A stretch of DNA of 33,493 nt from an uncultured Pseudomonadota bacterium (GTDB lineage Bacteria; Myxococcota_A; UBA9042; CAIXZC01): positions 1-33,493 of the forward strand of contig CALGBT010000574.1 of assembly GCA_937884235.1 (NCBI GenBank), in the 5' to 3' direction. Every line of letters begins with the position of its first letter. The stretch's first letter is position 1. The notes under the pieces were generated by a model. The model saw nothing but the letters and a program-made list of their open reading frames with translations, made no database searches and was not told the origin of the DNA. Both the position numbers and the translations under genes were made by a program. Shown here in pieces: positions 1 to 7,698 of the stretch.

Positions 1-1370
1 CGACGAGAAGGCTCATATTGCAGGCCCGCTTTCAGACCCCCGAGGAAGGGGGGGGACCAGAGTCCGATACGTCCCCTGAACAGCACGTCTTGTCGTGCAT
101 CTGGAGCATGGAAAGCCTCACTTCCGGCGGATTCAGGATACCAATCCAGCGCCAGCGTGCCACTCGCTCGCAGACTCCAGGCATGCAGGAAATGCCAGCG
201 CAGGGCCAACAAGGCCGTGCCACCCCGGAGGTCGTAGGCCGTATTTTCAGCCTGATGAGCCCGACCTGACAGACCGGCAAGCAGGAATACCCGAGACCCC
301 AGGCGGTCCCCCCATCCAAGGCCCAGGTCACCCTCGTAACGGCTCCGCCCCATAATTCGAAACGTACGGTGTCCTCCGCCCGCAAGGAGATATACGCCAC
401 TACTACTTTGCAGCGATAGTTCCCCACGATGGCCATCGAAAAGCAAACCCCGGTCGCCGTAATCATCACGGGCCGCCAGCCATAGCGCGTCATAGTGGTA
501 GCTCAGGACCAGCTTGCTCGATGGCCAGCTGAACTCCAGTCCCGGACGTACACCCCATCCCACGTAACTCAGGTCCTTAGCCTCGTCGGCTGCAAGAAAT
601 TGCGAGCGTAGGTCCGCCTCTGCGAGCAAAAGGATCCTTCCCCAGTAAGGACCCGCGAAACGTCCCCGGACGTCCACCCCGCCCTTCCATGAAGCGAAGT
701 CCTCCCCCGACGCCTGGGGATCCAACGGTGAACCGAGCAGCGGATTGCTACTCCACCCTGCAGTCGTCTCGCCTCGCAATTCCAAGGAAGGAGTACGCAT
801 CGGCCAGAGAAGAGAAAGCAGATGGGAGCGGAGCCCAGCATCCTCGTCGTACATCGCATCCCGAGAATCGGCCTCCGAGACCCGCTGCCGAGCGGGTTCA
901 AGGCGGTCCGCCTGCAGCTCCGCCTCAGCGCGCAGCAAGTCCCATCGCGTATGCTCTTCCATTGTGATGGGACAGGTCCCCTCAGCCAATAACGCCAACG
1001 CTCCTCGATAGTCGGCGTTCTCAAGTAGGAGCCAGGCGAGACGGGCGCGGACCGTGCAATCCTCTGGCTGCCTCACAAGGGCATCCGACAGCACTTTCAT
1101 GGCCCAGGAGAGATTGCCGGTGCCGCCGTATGCCCGGGAGAGGAGCATCGTGAAGCGAGAATCCTTACCAAAACAGGCCCGCAGCGGTCGCAACAACTCT
1201 AGGCACTCTTTCGCTTTGGCTTCTTGAAGCAACGAAACGGCCTCCTGCAGAAGAGGCGCCAGGAGCTCAGGTGGGCAGGTAACAGCCACCTCCTGACCCC
1301 GGCTAAGGCCCGCCGTTGCCGCCAGCAGAACCACCGCCACAATCCACCCCGTCACCGCACTTCGATTCAT
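1..1370 (-). CDS. Exported TPR-like + probable outer-membrane beta-barrel protein (partial, runs off left edge)
   Basis: Not in the ORF track because there is no stop in the window. My translation from ATG 1370 (ATGA overlap with upstream stop) is open for ~456 codons: signal peptide MNRSAVTGWIVAVVLLAATAGLSRG, helical TPR-like part (AMKVLSDALVRQPEDCTVRARLAWLLLENADYRGALALL), then amphipathic beta-strands (GWGVRPGLEFSW, GDLGLGWGDRL, ALLALRWHF, KAGLQYEPSR). Confidence 0.8.
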   Translation of the reverse strand, partial: MNRSAVTGWIVAVVLLAATAGLSRGQEVAVTCPPELLAPLLQEAVSLLQEAKAKECLELLRPLRACFGKDSRFTMLLSRAYGGTGNLSWAMKVLSDALVRQPEDCTVRARLAWLLLENADYRGALALLAEGTCPITMEEHTRWDLLRAEAELQADRLEPARQRVSEADSRDAMYDEDAGLRSHLLSLLWPMRTPSLELRGETTAGWSSNPLLGSPLDPQASGEDFASWKGGVDVRGRFAGPYWGRILLLAEADLRSQFLAADEAKDLSYVGWGVRPGLEFSWPSSKLVLSYHYDALWLAARDDYGDRGLLFDGHRGELSLQSSSGVYLLAGGGHRTFRIMGRSRYEGDLGLGWGDRLGSRVFLLAGLSGRAHQAENTAYDLRGGTALLALRWHFLHAWSLRASGTLALDWYPESAGSEAFHAPDARQDVLFRGRIGLWSPPFLGGLKAGLQYEPSR

Positions 1371-3952
1371 GGGGTCTCTCCGACAACGGCTGCGTCCTTG
1401 CAGCACCTGAACCCCTTGGCTGAGATGTCCTGAAACAGTCCTCCACAGTTGTGCAGATACTCCGAGTTACCGCAATTGTAAGCCCCGCCTTTGTACCAGG
1501 ACTCGCCGTTGCCGACGTCGACCAATTCCCAGACGTTACCGTTGACGTCGTAGGCTCCCCAGGCGTTGACGCACTCCGGGAAAGCACCGGTCGCAGTGAC
1601 GTGGAACCAGGCCCCGCAGCCTTCTCCCCAGACCCCTTCCTGACTCATGTTGTAACAGTGTGGGTAGGGACAGACCTCAAGAGCAATGCAGAGCGGGTCC
1701 GCACAGTCGCAAAACGCATCGATACCGTTGCAGGCTGTTGCCGAATAGGTGTCGCCATAAACATACGCCAGTTCATCAAGCCCACCACAGGAGAGGGCCA
1801 TCTCCTCCTGCGTGCAGACCCGTTTGTCAGCTGCCACGCACGCAGCCGACGCAGTTGCCAGTTCAACCGGAAACCAGGGCAGAACACCACTTTGACTAGT
1901 GGCCTTGGAACTGTCCATGCCCTGATAGACAGCGGTGGCGTCAGCGCGAGACGCTTCGTAAATATCCATGCAGAACTGGTCGCCAATCAACACCATATCC
2001 ATTGGACAAGTGCAGAGGTCGACGCTTCCTGACAGGCACACGCCCCCGACGCACTGGTCTGCTCCGGTACAAGGATCTCCGTCTTCGCAAAGGGCACCGT
2101 CTGGAAGAATGGTCTCCTTACACTCACCGTTCAGTGGGTCGCAGCTAGATTGCTTGCAGGCTTCGGCGGGGGGCGGGCAGAAGACCACTGTAGTCGGGTC
2201 CACCGCACAGGAATAGGGGAACGACAACTTGCTGCAGAGCAAAGTGCCATTGCAATGATTTCCGTCTTCAAGAGCAGTACAATCTGCATCCGTGATGCAC
2301 TGGCAAAGACCTGACTCGCCAATGCAAGCGCCCTCCCAGCACGAATCGTCGGTGGTGCACGGTTCCTGGTCATCGCAAGGTTTGCCGTTGAGTGGCACGA
2401 CCTTGCACTGGCCATCAGCCTCGTCGCAGGATGCCGACAGACACTGGTTCTCCGGGGCCGGGCAATCAATTGCGCTGCCGGGAGAGACGACGCACACGGA
2501 AGGGGTCGTCTCCCACGAGCAGACAAGGAATCCGTTGCATAGGTTCGCATCGACCGGGCAGTCAACATCCTCCTTGCATTCGCAGACCGTCCCCTGCCCT
2601 ATGCACTCTCCAGATTCGCACTGGTCGGGCCAGGTACAGGGGTTGTTGTCGTCGCACTCCACACTGTTGGGGCTGTTGATGCAGCCCTCCATGGCCACGC
2701 ACGCGTCATCCGTGCAAGGATTGCCGTCGGCGCAGTTGGCGGCACCAGAACCTGGCACACACTCGCCGTCCTGGCAGTCGTCCCCCACTGTACAAGGGTC
2801 ACCGTCAGTGCAGGCAGCGGGACCCGGCGTGTGAGAGCAACCCGCCCCCGGCAGGCACGCGTCCTGCGTACAAGGGTTGAGATCATCACAATCCAGCGTC
2901 TCAGGGCCGGCGGCGCAGCTGCCATCGTCACAAACATCGCCCAGTGAGCAGGGGTCACCTTCGTCGCAGGGAGTGCCGTCAGCGGCTTCCACCGCAACGC
3001 ACAAACCGCTGCCCAGGCATTTGCCAACCTGGCATACGGGCAGCGGAGCCAGTAGGTCACTGCACTCCTCGTCCGACTGGCACGGCGGTAACCCGGCTTC
3101 AGTCCCTCCGTCGCCGTTCACGTCAGGGTCCAGGCATCCAGAGGCATCGGCATCGGCATCGGGGGAGTAAGTATCGGACGGGAGGTGGACATCCCATTCC
3201 CGGTCCGCTTCCGGAGGAATCCAGCAACAGCGGAAACCAAGCGCAGACGGCACCCAAGTGCGCGGTACGTAGTCACACCGATGGAGCGTCATGGAGTCGA
3301 TGCAATTGTAGGCTCCACCCCTCACTAAATTCCCACCCCCTTGGGCCACATGCTCCCACAAGTTGCCGTTCAGGTCGTACGCACCCCAGCCGTTCACGCA
3401 CCCAGCTAGACTGCCAGTGGGTAGCAGCTTCACACCATCGGTGCCAAACGTGTCGATGCCATTACAGGTCGCAGGCTCATAGTCGCTGCCATACCCATAC
3501 CTACGACCCTCTGGTCCTCGGCAAGCCAATTCCCACTCGAAGGAAGTGCACAGCCTCTTCCCCGCCGCCTCACACGCCTTCGCGGCTGTCGCGTTGTCGC
3601 TCCCTAGTTCCCACGGAATCACGCCGGGACGGCTCAGCGCCCGGGAGTCGTCCGTGCCAGCGTCAACGCTGGTGGCATCCACCCTCGATGCTTCATGCCG
3701 GTCGACACAGAAGAGGTTCTGCACCGGCACCATGTCATCGGGACAACTAATGGGCACGTGCGCCACGGGCATGCACAGGTTGTCCAAGCACTTGAACCCG
3801 GCCCCGCAACTTTCGTCTTGGAGACACTGGTAGACGCACTGCCCGAGAGCGCTGCACACCTTAGGTTGGGGACAGTCCCGGTCCATAGTGCAGCGCTCCT
3901 CCACACAGCCCAGGGCGATCAGGCAGATCAGCAAAGAACTCGCCAGCTTCAT
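1367..3952 (-). CDS. Cys-rich lipoprotein with two FGE-sulfatase (SUMF1/EgtB/PvdO-like fold) domains
   Basis: Lipobox ALGC. Two domains starting CPDDMV/CPMDMV carry FC(V/M)DxxEASR, KR(L/V)CTxxE, GAYD(L/V)NGN(L/V)WE, (R/K)GGAYNC and GFRCC motifs, separated by Cys-rich repeats. Confidence 0.85.
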   Translation of the reverse strand: MKLASSLLICLIALGCVEERCTMDRDCPQPKVCSALGQCVYQCLQDESCGAGFKCLDNLCMPVAHVPISCPDDMVPVQNLFCVDRHEASRVDATSVDAGTDDSRALSRPGVIPWELGSDNATAAKACEAAGKRLCTSFEWELACRGPEGRRYGYGSDYEPATCNGIDTFGTDGVKLLPTGSLAGCVNGWGAYDLNGNLWEHVAQGGGNLVRGGAYNCIDSMTLHRCDYVPRTWVPSALGFRCCWIPPEADREWDVHLPSDTYSPDADADASGCLDPDVNGDGGTEAGLPPCQSDEECSDLLAPLPVCQVGKCLGSGLCVAVEAADGTPCDEGDPCSLGDVCDDGSCAAGPETLDCDDLNPCTQDACLPGAGCSHTPGPAACTDGDPCTVGDDCQDGECVPGSGAANCADGNPCTDDACVAMEGCINSPNSVECDDNNPCTWPDQCESGECIGQGTVCECKEDVDCPVDANLCNGFLVCSWETTPSVCVVSPGSAIDCPAPENQCLSASCDEADGQCKVVPLNGKPCDDQEPCTTDDSCWEGACIGESGLCQCITDADCTALEDGNHCNGTLLCSKLSFPYSCAVDPTTVVFCPPPAEACKQSSCDPLNGECKETILPDGALCEDGDPCTGADQCVGGVCLSGSVDLCTCPMDMVLIGDQFCMDIYEASRADATAVYQGMDSSKATSQSGVLPWFPVELATASAACVAADKRVCTQEEMALSCGGLDELAYVYGDTYSATACNGIDAFCDCADPLCIALEVCPYPHCYNMSQEGVWGEGCGAWFHVTATGAFPECVNAWGAYDVNGNVWELVDVGNGESWYKGGAYNCGNSEYLHNCGGLFQDISAKGFRCCKDAAVVGETP
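2012..2968 (-). repeat. Protein-level Cys-rich repeats (CxDxxPC(T/S)...C, 7 copies; plus two ~90-aa higher-order units)
   Basis: CDEGDPCS, CDDLNPCT, CTDGDPCT, CADGNPCT, CDDNNPCT, CDDQEPCT, CEDGDPCT; larger unit CxCxxDxDC...CNGxLxCS...CPxP occurs twice. Confidence 0.85.
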
Positions 3953-4278
3953 CAGGAGCGGTGACCTCGACCTCTGCGGTTCCTATGGCGCGCTCCCACG
4001 GTGCCATCACCGTTCCGGCCTCCGCCAAAGCGTCTCCCACGACCTCCGCCGCGGGGCGCTCCTCCTCGGCCCACTCCCCGGAGTTCACCCGCCTCGCCTA
4101 TTATTCCGGGCGGGTTCTCTTTGGATTCGGAAGCAGGATTGGATTCTGATACTTCAAGTTGTTGGTCAGTAATCAATGCAGGTGCAGCTTCCTCTCCAGC
4201 ACCGCCTTCGCATCTACCTCGTCGACCGCCCGTCATGGGCCCGCGGCCGTTGGGGCCCGTCTTGTTAAGACCTGGCAT
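3952..4278 (-). CDS. DUF5320-like small Gly/Arg-rich protein
   Basis: N-terminus MPGLNKTGPNGRGPMTGGRRGRC matches the MPxxDxTGPxGxGPxTGRGxGxC family pattern; RG-rich tail; AGGAGG RBS; stop shares one base with the next ATG (TGATG). Confidence 0.8.
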   Translation of the reverse strand: MPGLNKTGPNGRGPMTGGRRGRCEGGAGEEAAPALITDQQLEVSESNPASESKENPPGIIGEAGELRGVGRGGAPRGGGRGRRFGGGRNGDGTVGARHRNRRGRGHRS

Positions 4279-4645
4279 TGTTGCCTCCTTTCTTTCTGCG
4301 GCATCGTCGACTCCTAGCCGACGATAGCCGTGGCGAGTTGTTCGTCGTTACTGCTCGTCCCAGAGTCCCTCTCTGGCACTCCTCTACGGCTCTTCTGGCT
4401 TCCCCGGTGAGACCGTCCCACACATTGATGCCACACTCGTTGAGCACATAGAGATCGCACCGCCTGATGCCCCCACACAGCAGACAATCGGGCATGATCT
4501 TGATGACCTCCTCAAGACGCTCCCCCACCGTCCATCCCCGCAAGTCAAGTTGCCGCTCCGATTCCTCGTCGCACACCAGCAAGCCAACGCAACAATCGAA
4601 GCGTGGCGAGATCTCCTGGCCAAAGAGTGCAGCGACTATTTTCAT
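4265..4645 (-). CDS. NifB/NifX-family (FeMo-cofactor-binding-like) small protein
   Basis: MKIVAA...ISPRFDCC...LLCGGI...LNECGINV pattern; typical neighbour of DUF5320 genes; AGGAG RBS. Confidence 0.7.
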   Translation of the reverse strand: MKIVAALFGQEISPRFDCCVGLLVCDEESERQLDLRGWTVGERLEEVIKIMPDCLLCGGIRRCDLYVLNECGINVWDGLTGEARRAVEECQRGTLGRAVTTNNSPRLSSARSRRCRRKKGGNNARS

Positions 4646-4692
4646 GCTTCTCCTGACTTCACCTGAACGTCAATTCAGTTGCATCTCTCCCA

Positions 4693-5877
4693 TCAATCAG
4701 CGCTTTCCAGCGCCTGCCGGAGGTCCTCAAGAAGGTCGCAAGCATCTTCGATACCAACCGAATATCGAACCAGCCCGTCCGTAATCCCTGCTGCAATCCT
4801 CTCGTCTCTTGAGAGTCCCGCGTGGGTCATGGACGCAGGATGCTCAATCAGCGTTTCGACTCCACCCAGTGATACTGCAAGCGTGGCCAGCTTGACGCGG
4901 TCCATCAGGTGCCTTCCTGCCTCCACCCCACCTTTCAACTCGAAGCTGATCATCGAGCCAAAACCGCGCATCTGTCGCCGCGCCAGTTCATGCTGCGGAT
5001 GTGATGGCAGACCAATGTAACGCACCCATGCCACTTCTGAGCGAGCTTCCAGCCACCGCGCGATTTCCATGGCGATGGTCTGCGAACGCTCGATGCGCAG
5101 CCCCAACGTCTTGATACCGCGATGAACCAGAAAGGCCTGATGCGGGTCCATGCAGCAGCCGGAAATAGACATCATGTTCCGGAGCTTCCGGCCCACTTGA
5201 GCGTTGGCGGCAACTAATACACCGCCCACTACATCCGCGTGACCGTTGATGAATTTGGTCACGGAATGCAGAACAACGTCTGCCCCAAGAACCAACGGAT
5301 TCTGTAGATAGGGCGAGGCAAAGGTGCTGTCCACCACCAACAGGGCCCCCTGCTCGTGGGCAATCCCCGCAGCCGCCTCAATGTCCGTCACCTGCATCAT
5401 CGGATTGGAAGGTGTCTCCACGTAGACCAGTCGGGTCCGTTGACCCATCGCACTCGCGATCTGTTCTGGGTCGGACGTATCCACAAAAGTCGAGGTGACA
5501 CCAAAGCGAGAGAGATGAGACTCGATAAGCGTCCTTGACGGGCCGTACACCGATGCGGTGCTCACTACGTGGTCTCCTTGCTTCAGGAGAGCCAGGCAAG
5601 CGACGGTGACCGCTGCCATTCCAGAACTCGTTGCTACTGCCGTCTGGCCCGCTTCGAGATCGCACATACATCCCTCGAATGCGGCCACCGTAGGATTTCC
5701 CATGCGGGTGTAGATGAACCCGGGGTCTTCGCCGGCAAAGCGGTCTGCCCCCTCCTGAGCATTCCGAAATCCAAACGTCGAGGTTTGGTAGATTGGCGTG
5801 ACAGCGCTTCCGAACTCTTCGTCGAAGCTTCCAGAGTGAACGAGCCTGCTTGAGATACCTTGTTTGCGAACATGCAT
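4693..5877 (-). CDS. PLP-dependent Cys/Met metabolism lyase (methionine gamma-lyase / cystathionine gamma-lyase family)
   Basis: PIYQTSTF, YTRMGNPT, SSGMAA, ETPSNP, VVDSTFASP, PLP-Lys motif HSVTKFINGHADV, AVSLGGVETLIEHPASMTH, GLVRYSVGIED. Start moved to ATG 5877 (AGGAAG RBS, compatible with the promoter position). Confidence 0.9.
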   Translation of the reverse strand: MHVRKQGISSRLVHSGSFDEEFGSAVTPIYQTSTFGFRNAQEGADRFAGEDPGFIYTRMGNPTVAAFEGCMCDLEAGQTAVATSSGMAAVTVACLALLKQGDHVVSTASVYGPSRTLIESHLSRFGVTSTFVDTSDPEQIASAMGQRTRLVYVETPSNPMMQVTDIEAAAGIAHEQGALLVVDSTFASPYLQNPLVLGADVVLHSVTKFINGHADVVGGVLVAANAQVGRKLRNMMSISGCCMDPHQAFLVHRGIKTLGLRIERSQTIAMEIARWLEARSEVAWVRYIGLPSHPQHELARRQMRGFGSMISFELKGGVEAGRHLMDRVKLATLAVSLGGVETLIEHPASMTHAGLSRDERIAAGITDGLVRYSVGIEDACDLLEDLRQALESAD

Positions 5878-5947
5878 ATGCGCAGCCTTCCTGTGTGTAC
5901 AACTCTTACCGGGAGACACCATGCCCACGCCGGTTGACCAGGTTGGT

Positions 5948-5963
5948 TGCAGCTTCTATGCCA
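5948..5963 (-). promoter_or_regulatory. Sigma-54 -24/-12 promoter
   Basis: Minus strand reads TGGCATAGAAGCTGCA = GG-N10-GC, in the gap between the sigma-54 activator gene and the lyase gene. Confidence 0.75.
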
Positions 5964-5990
5964 GTCGCAGTCAGGGAGGCTGAAGGTAAG

Positions 5991-7334
5991 TCAGGTCTGC
6001 ATGCCCAGGCGTTTCATCTTGCGCCAGAGAGTATTGCGGGAAATGCCAAGGTCAGAGGCGGTGCGCACGCGACTCCCACCATTTCGCCGCAGGGCTTCCT
6101 GGATGGCCCAGGCTTCCGCCCTCTCCAACGGAGCCTGCTGGTCGACACACCCTGCGTCCAACGGTACAGGACGGGCCAGGTCCATGCAGGATTCGGGCAA
6201 GTGTTCCAACTGGAGAACATCGCCTTCGCAGAGCACGAATGCATGCTCCACCGCGTTCTCCAATTCCCGGACATTGCCCGGATACGGAGCACGCATCAAC
6301 GCGGCCCGGGCCGCATCCGAAAACCCGGCCACGTGCCGGCCGTGCAATGCGTTAAAGCGCCGCACGAAATGGTCCTGCAGCAGAGGGATGTCGTCTCGGC
6401 GCTCGGCGAGTGAAGGCAATCGAATGGGAACCACATTGAGTCGATAGAACAGGTCCTGACGGAATCGACTTGCCGCCACCTCCCCAGCCAGCTCTTTGTT
6501 CGTTGCAACGATGAGACGGACGTCAGCCTTGACCGTCTTCGTGGCACCCAACGGCTCGTACTCCCGCTCCTGGAGCACCCGCAGTAGCTTCACCTGCATG
6601 GCCGTGGATACATCCCCTATTTCGTCCAGAAACAGAGTCCCCCCATGTGCCCGAGCGAATCGTCCCGGCTTGTCCCTAATGGCACCAGTAAACGCCCCCC
6701 GGACAAAACCAAACAACTCCGACTCAAGTAGCGTGTCTGGCAACGCCGCGCAGTTTACTGCGACAAACGGCTTGCCGCGCCGAGGACTCAGGTTGTGCAG
6801 AGCTCTGGCAACCAACTCCTTTCCCGTCCCGCTGGCCCCCTCGATAAGTACCGTGGATGGGCTCTGGGCGATCAACGGCAAACGCTTCAGGATGCGCTTC
6901 ATCAACACGTTCTTGCTCACAATGTCCTGGAAGACATACTGGCCGTCCAGCCGCTTGCGCAATTCGACCAGTTGAGAGATATTTCGGAACATCTCGACGC
7001 CGCCAAGGACGGTGCCGTCCTCACTACGCAAAGCTGCAGTGGAAATGGAGATGGGCACTTCCTCGCCGTCCCGGCCGAGCACCGTAACTTCCCGCTCAGT
7101 TGTATTCTCGCCAGTCCGAATACTGCGTTTCAACGGACAGTCCTCCTGGCAGATATCGGCGCGAAAGATCTCGTAGCAACGACGACCGAGAGCCTCCGCC
7201 TGAGTGTATCCAGTGATGCGCTCCGCCGCCGGGTTAAAAGAAGTGATCTGGTCTTCAGAATTGACGGTGAAGATACCCAGGGGAGATGATGAAAAAACAA
7301 GAGCCAAATACTTCTGCTGGAGAAGACCTTTCAT
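5991..7334 (-). CDS. PAS-domain sigma-54-dependent transcriptional activator (Fis-type HTH)
   Basis: N-terminal PAS (FNPAAERITGYTQAEALGR), Walker A GASGTGKE, intact GAFTGA, Walker B LFLDE, FRQDLFYRLNV, PGNVRELEN, HTH LGISRNTLWRKMK. ATG 7334 preferred over 7448. Confidence 0.93.
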   Translation of the reverse strand: MKGLLQQKYLALVFSSSPLGIFTVNSEDQITSFNPAAERITGYTQAEALGRRCYEIFRADICQEDCPLKRSIRTGENTTEREVTVLGRDGEEVPISISTAALRSEDGTVLGGVEMFRNISQLVELRKRLDGQYVFQDIVSKNVLMKRILKRLPLIAQSPSTVLIEGASGTGKELVARALHNLSPRRGKPFVAVNCAALPDTLLESELFGFVRGAFTGAIRDKPGRFARAHGGTLFLDEIGDVSTAMQVKLLRVLQEREYEPLGATKTVKADVRLIVATNKELAGEVAASRFRQDLFYRLNVVPIRLPSLAERRDDIPLLQDHFVRRFNALHGRHVAGFSDAARAALMRAPYPGNVRELENAVEHAFVLCEGDVLQLEHLPESCMDLARPVPLDAGCVDQQAPLERAEAWAIQEALRRNGGSRVRTASDLGISRNTLWRKMKRLGMQT

Positions 7335-7467
7335 GTTGCTTTCAGTATCATGCCAGTCCCAGAATGGCAACAGTCTCGTCTCGCATGTTACAGAACTGAG
7401 ACGCCGGCATGGTCGAGGGCTGGCGCAGTACCTGTTGGCGTGGCCCATCTGTTGTCTCCCCGTTTCC

Positions 7468-7551
7468 TCTGGGTCGGATGCGTTTGGGCGCTACCACCGG
7501 CTGCCTGAGAGCGAGGTTTTCCATCGCCAGCTCTGCTCGGTCTGCGAACAA
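7468..7551 (-). pseudogene. Short remnant resembling the N-terminus of an IS/integrase-core transposase
   Basis: LFADRAELAMENLALRQPVVAPKRIRPR resembles the FxSRxxLxxENLALRQQLxVLKRxxPRP start of integrase-core transposases (recalled pattern); no catalytic part follows. Confidence 0.5.
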
Positions 7552-7698
7552 GTTTTGGTGTACGACAACCTATTCTGAGGAGGGACAGGTCGCACTTTCG
7601 TTGCAGACAGAGACGGCAAAGCACGGAAAAGGACTCCCATGGACGGAAGAGATGCTCGGGTTGGAAGCGTAGCGACGCCTTGCTGCGGTTGCCGTTGA

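Noticed and set aside
18-1433. Short ORFs listed in the first 1.4 kb (e.g. 32..493, 569..1024)
   Set aside because: They are alternative frames over the long open frame 1370 to <1.
2012-2968. CRISPR-like or DNA tandem repeat
   Set aside because: Repeats are conserved at the protein level only; no identical DNA repeats with spacers and no cas genes.
1394-3745. Diversity-generating retroelement, since CLec-fold domains are DGR targets and two similar regions exist
   Set aside because: No reverse transcriptase in the window and the two copies are diverged throughout, not only at adenines.
4265-4645. Nitrogen fixation gene
   Set aside because: NifX-like domains are widespread outside diazotrophs; no nifHDK nearby.
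7340-7356. Second sigma-54 promoter (CTGGCATGATACTGAAA, minus strand)
   Set aside because: No GC at -12 and too close to the start codon.
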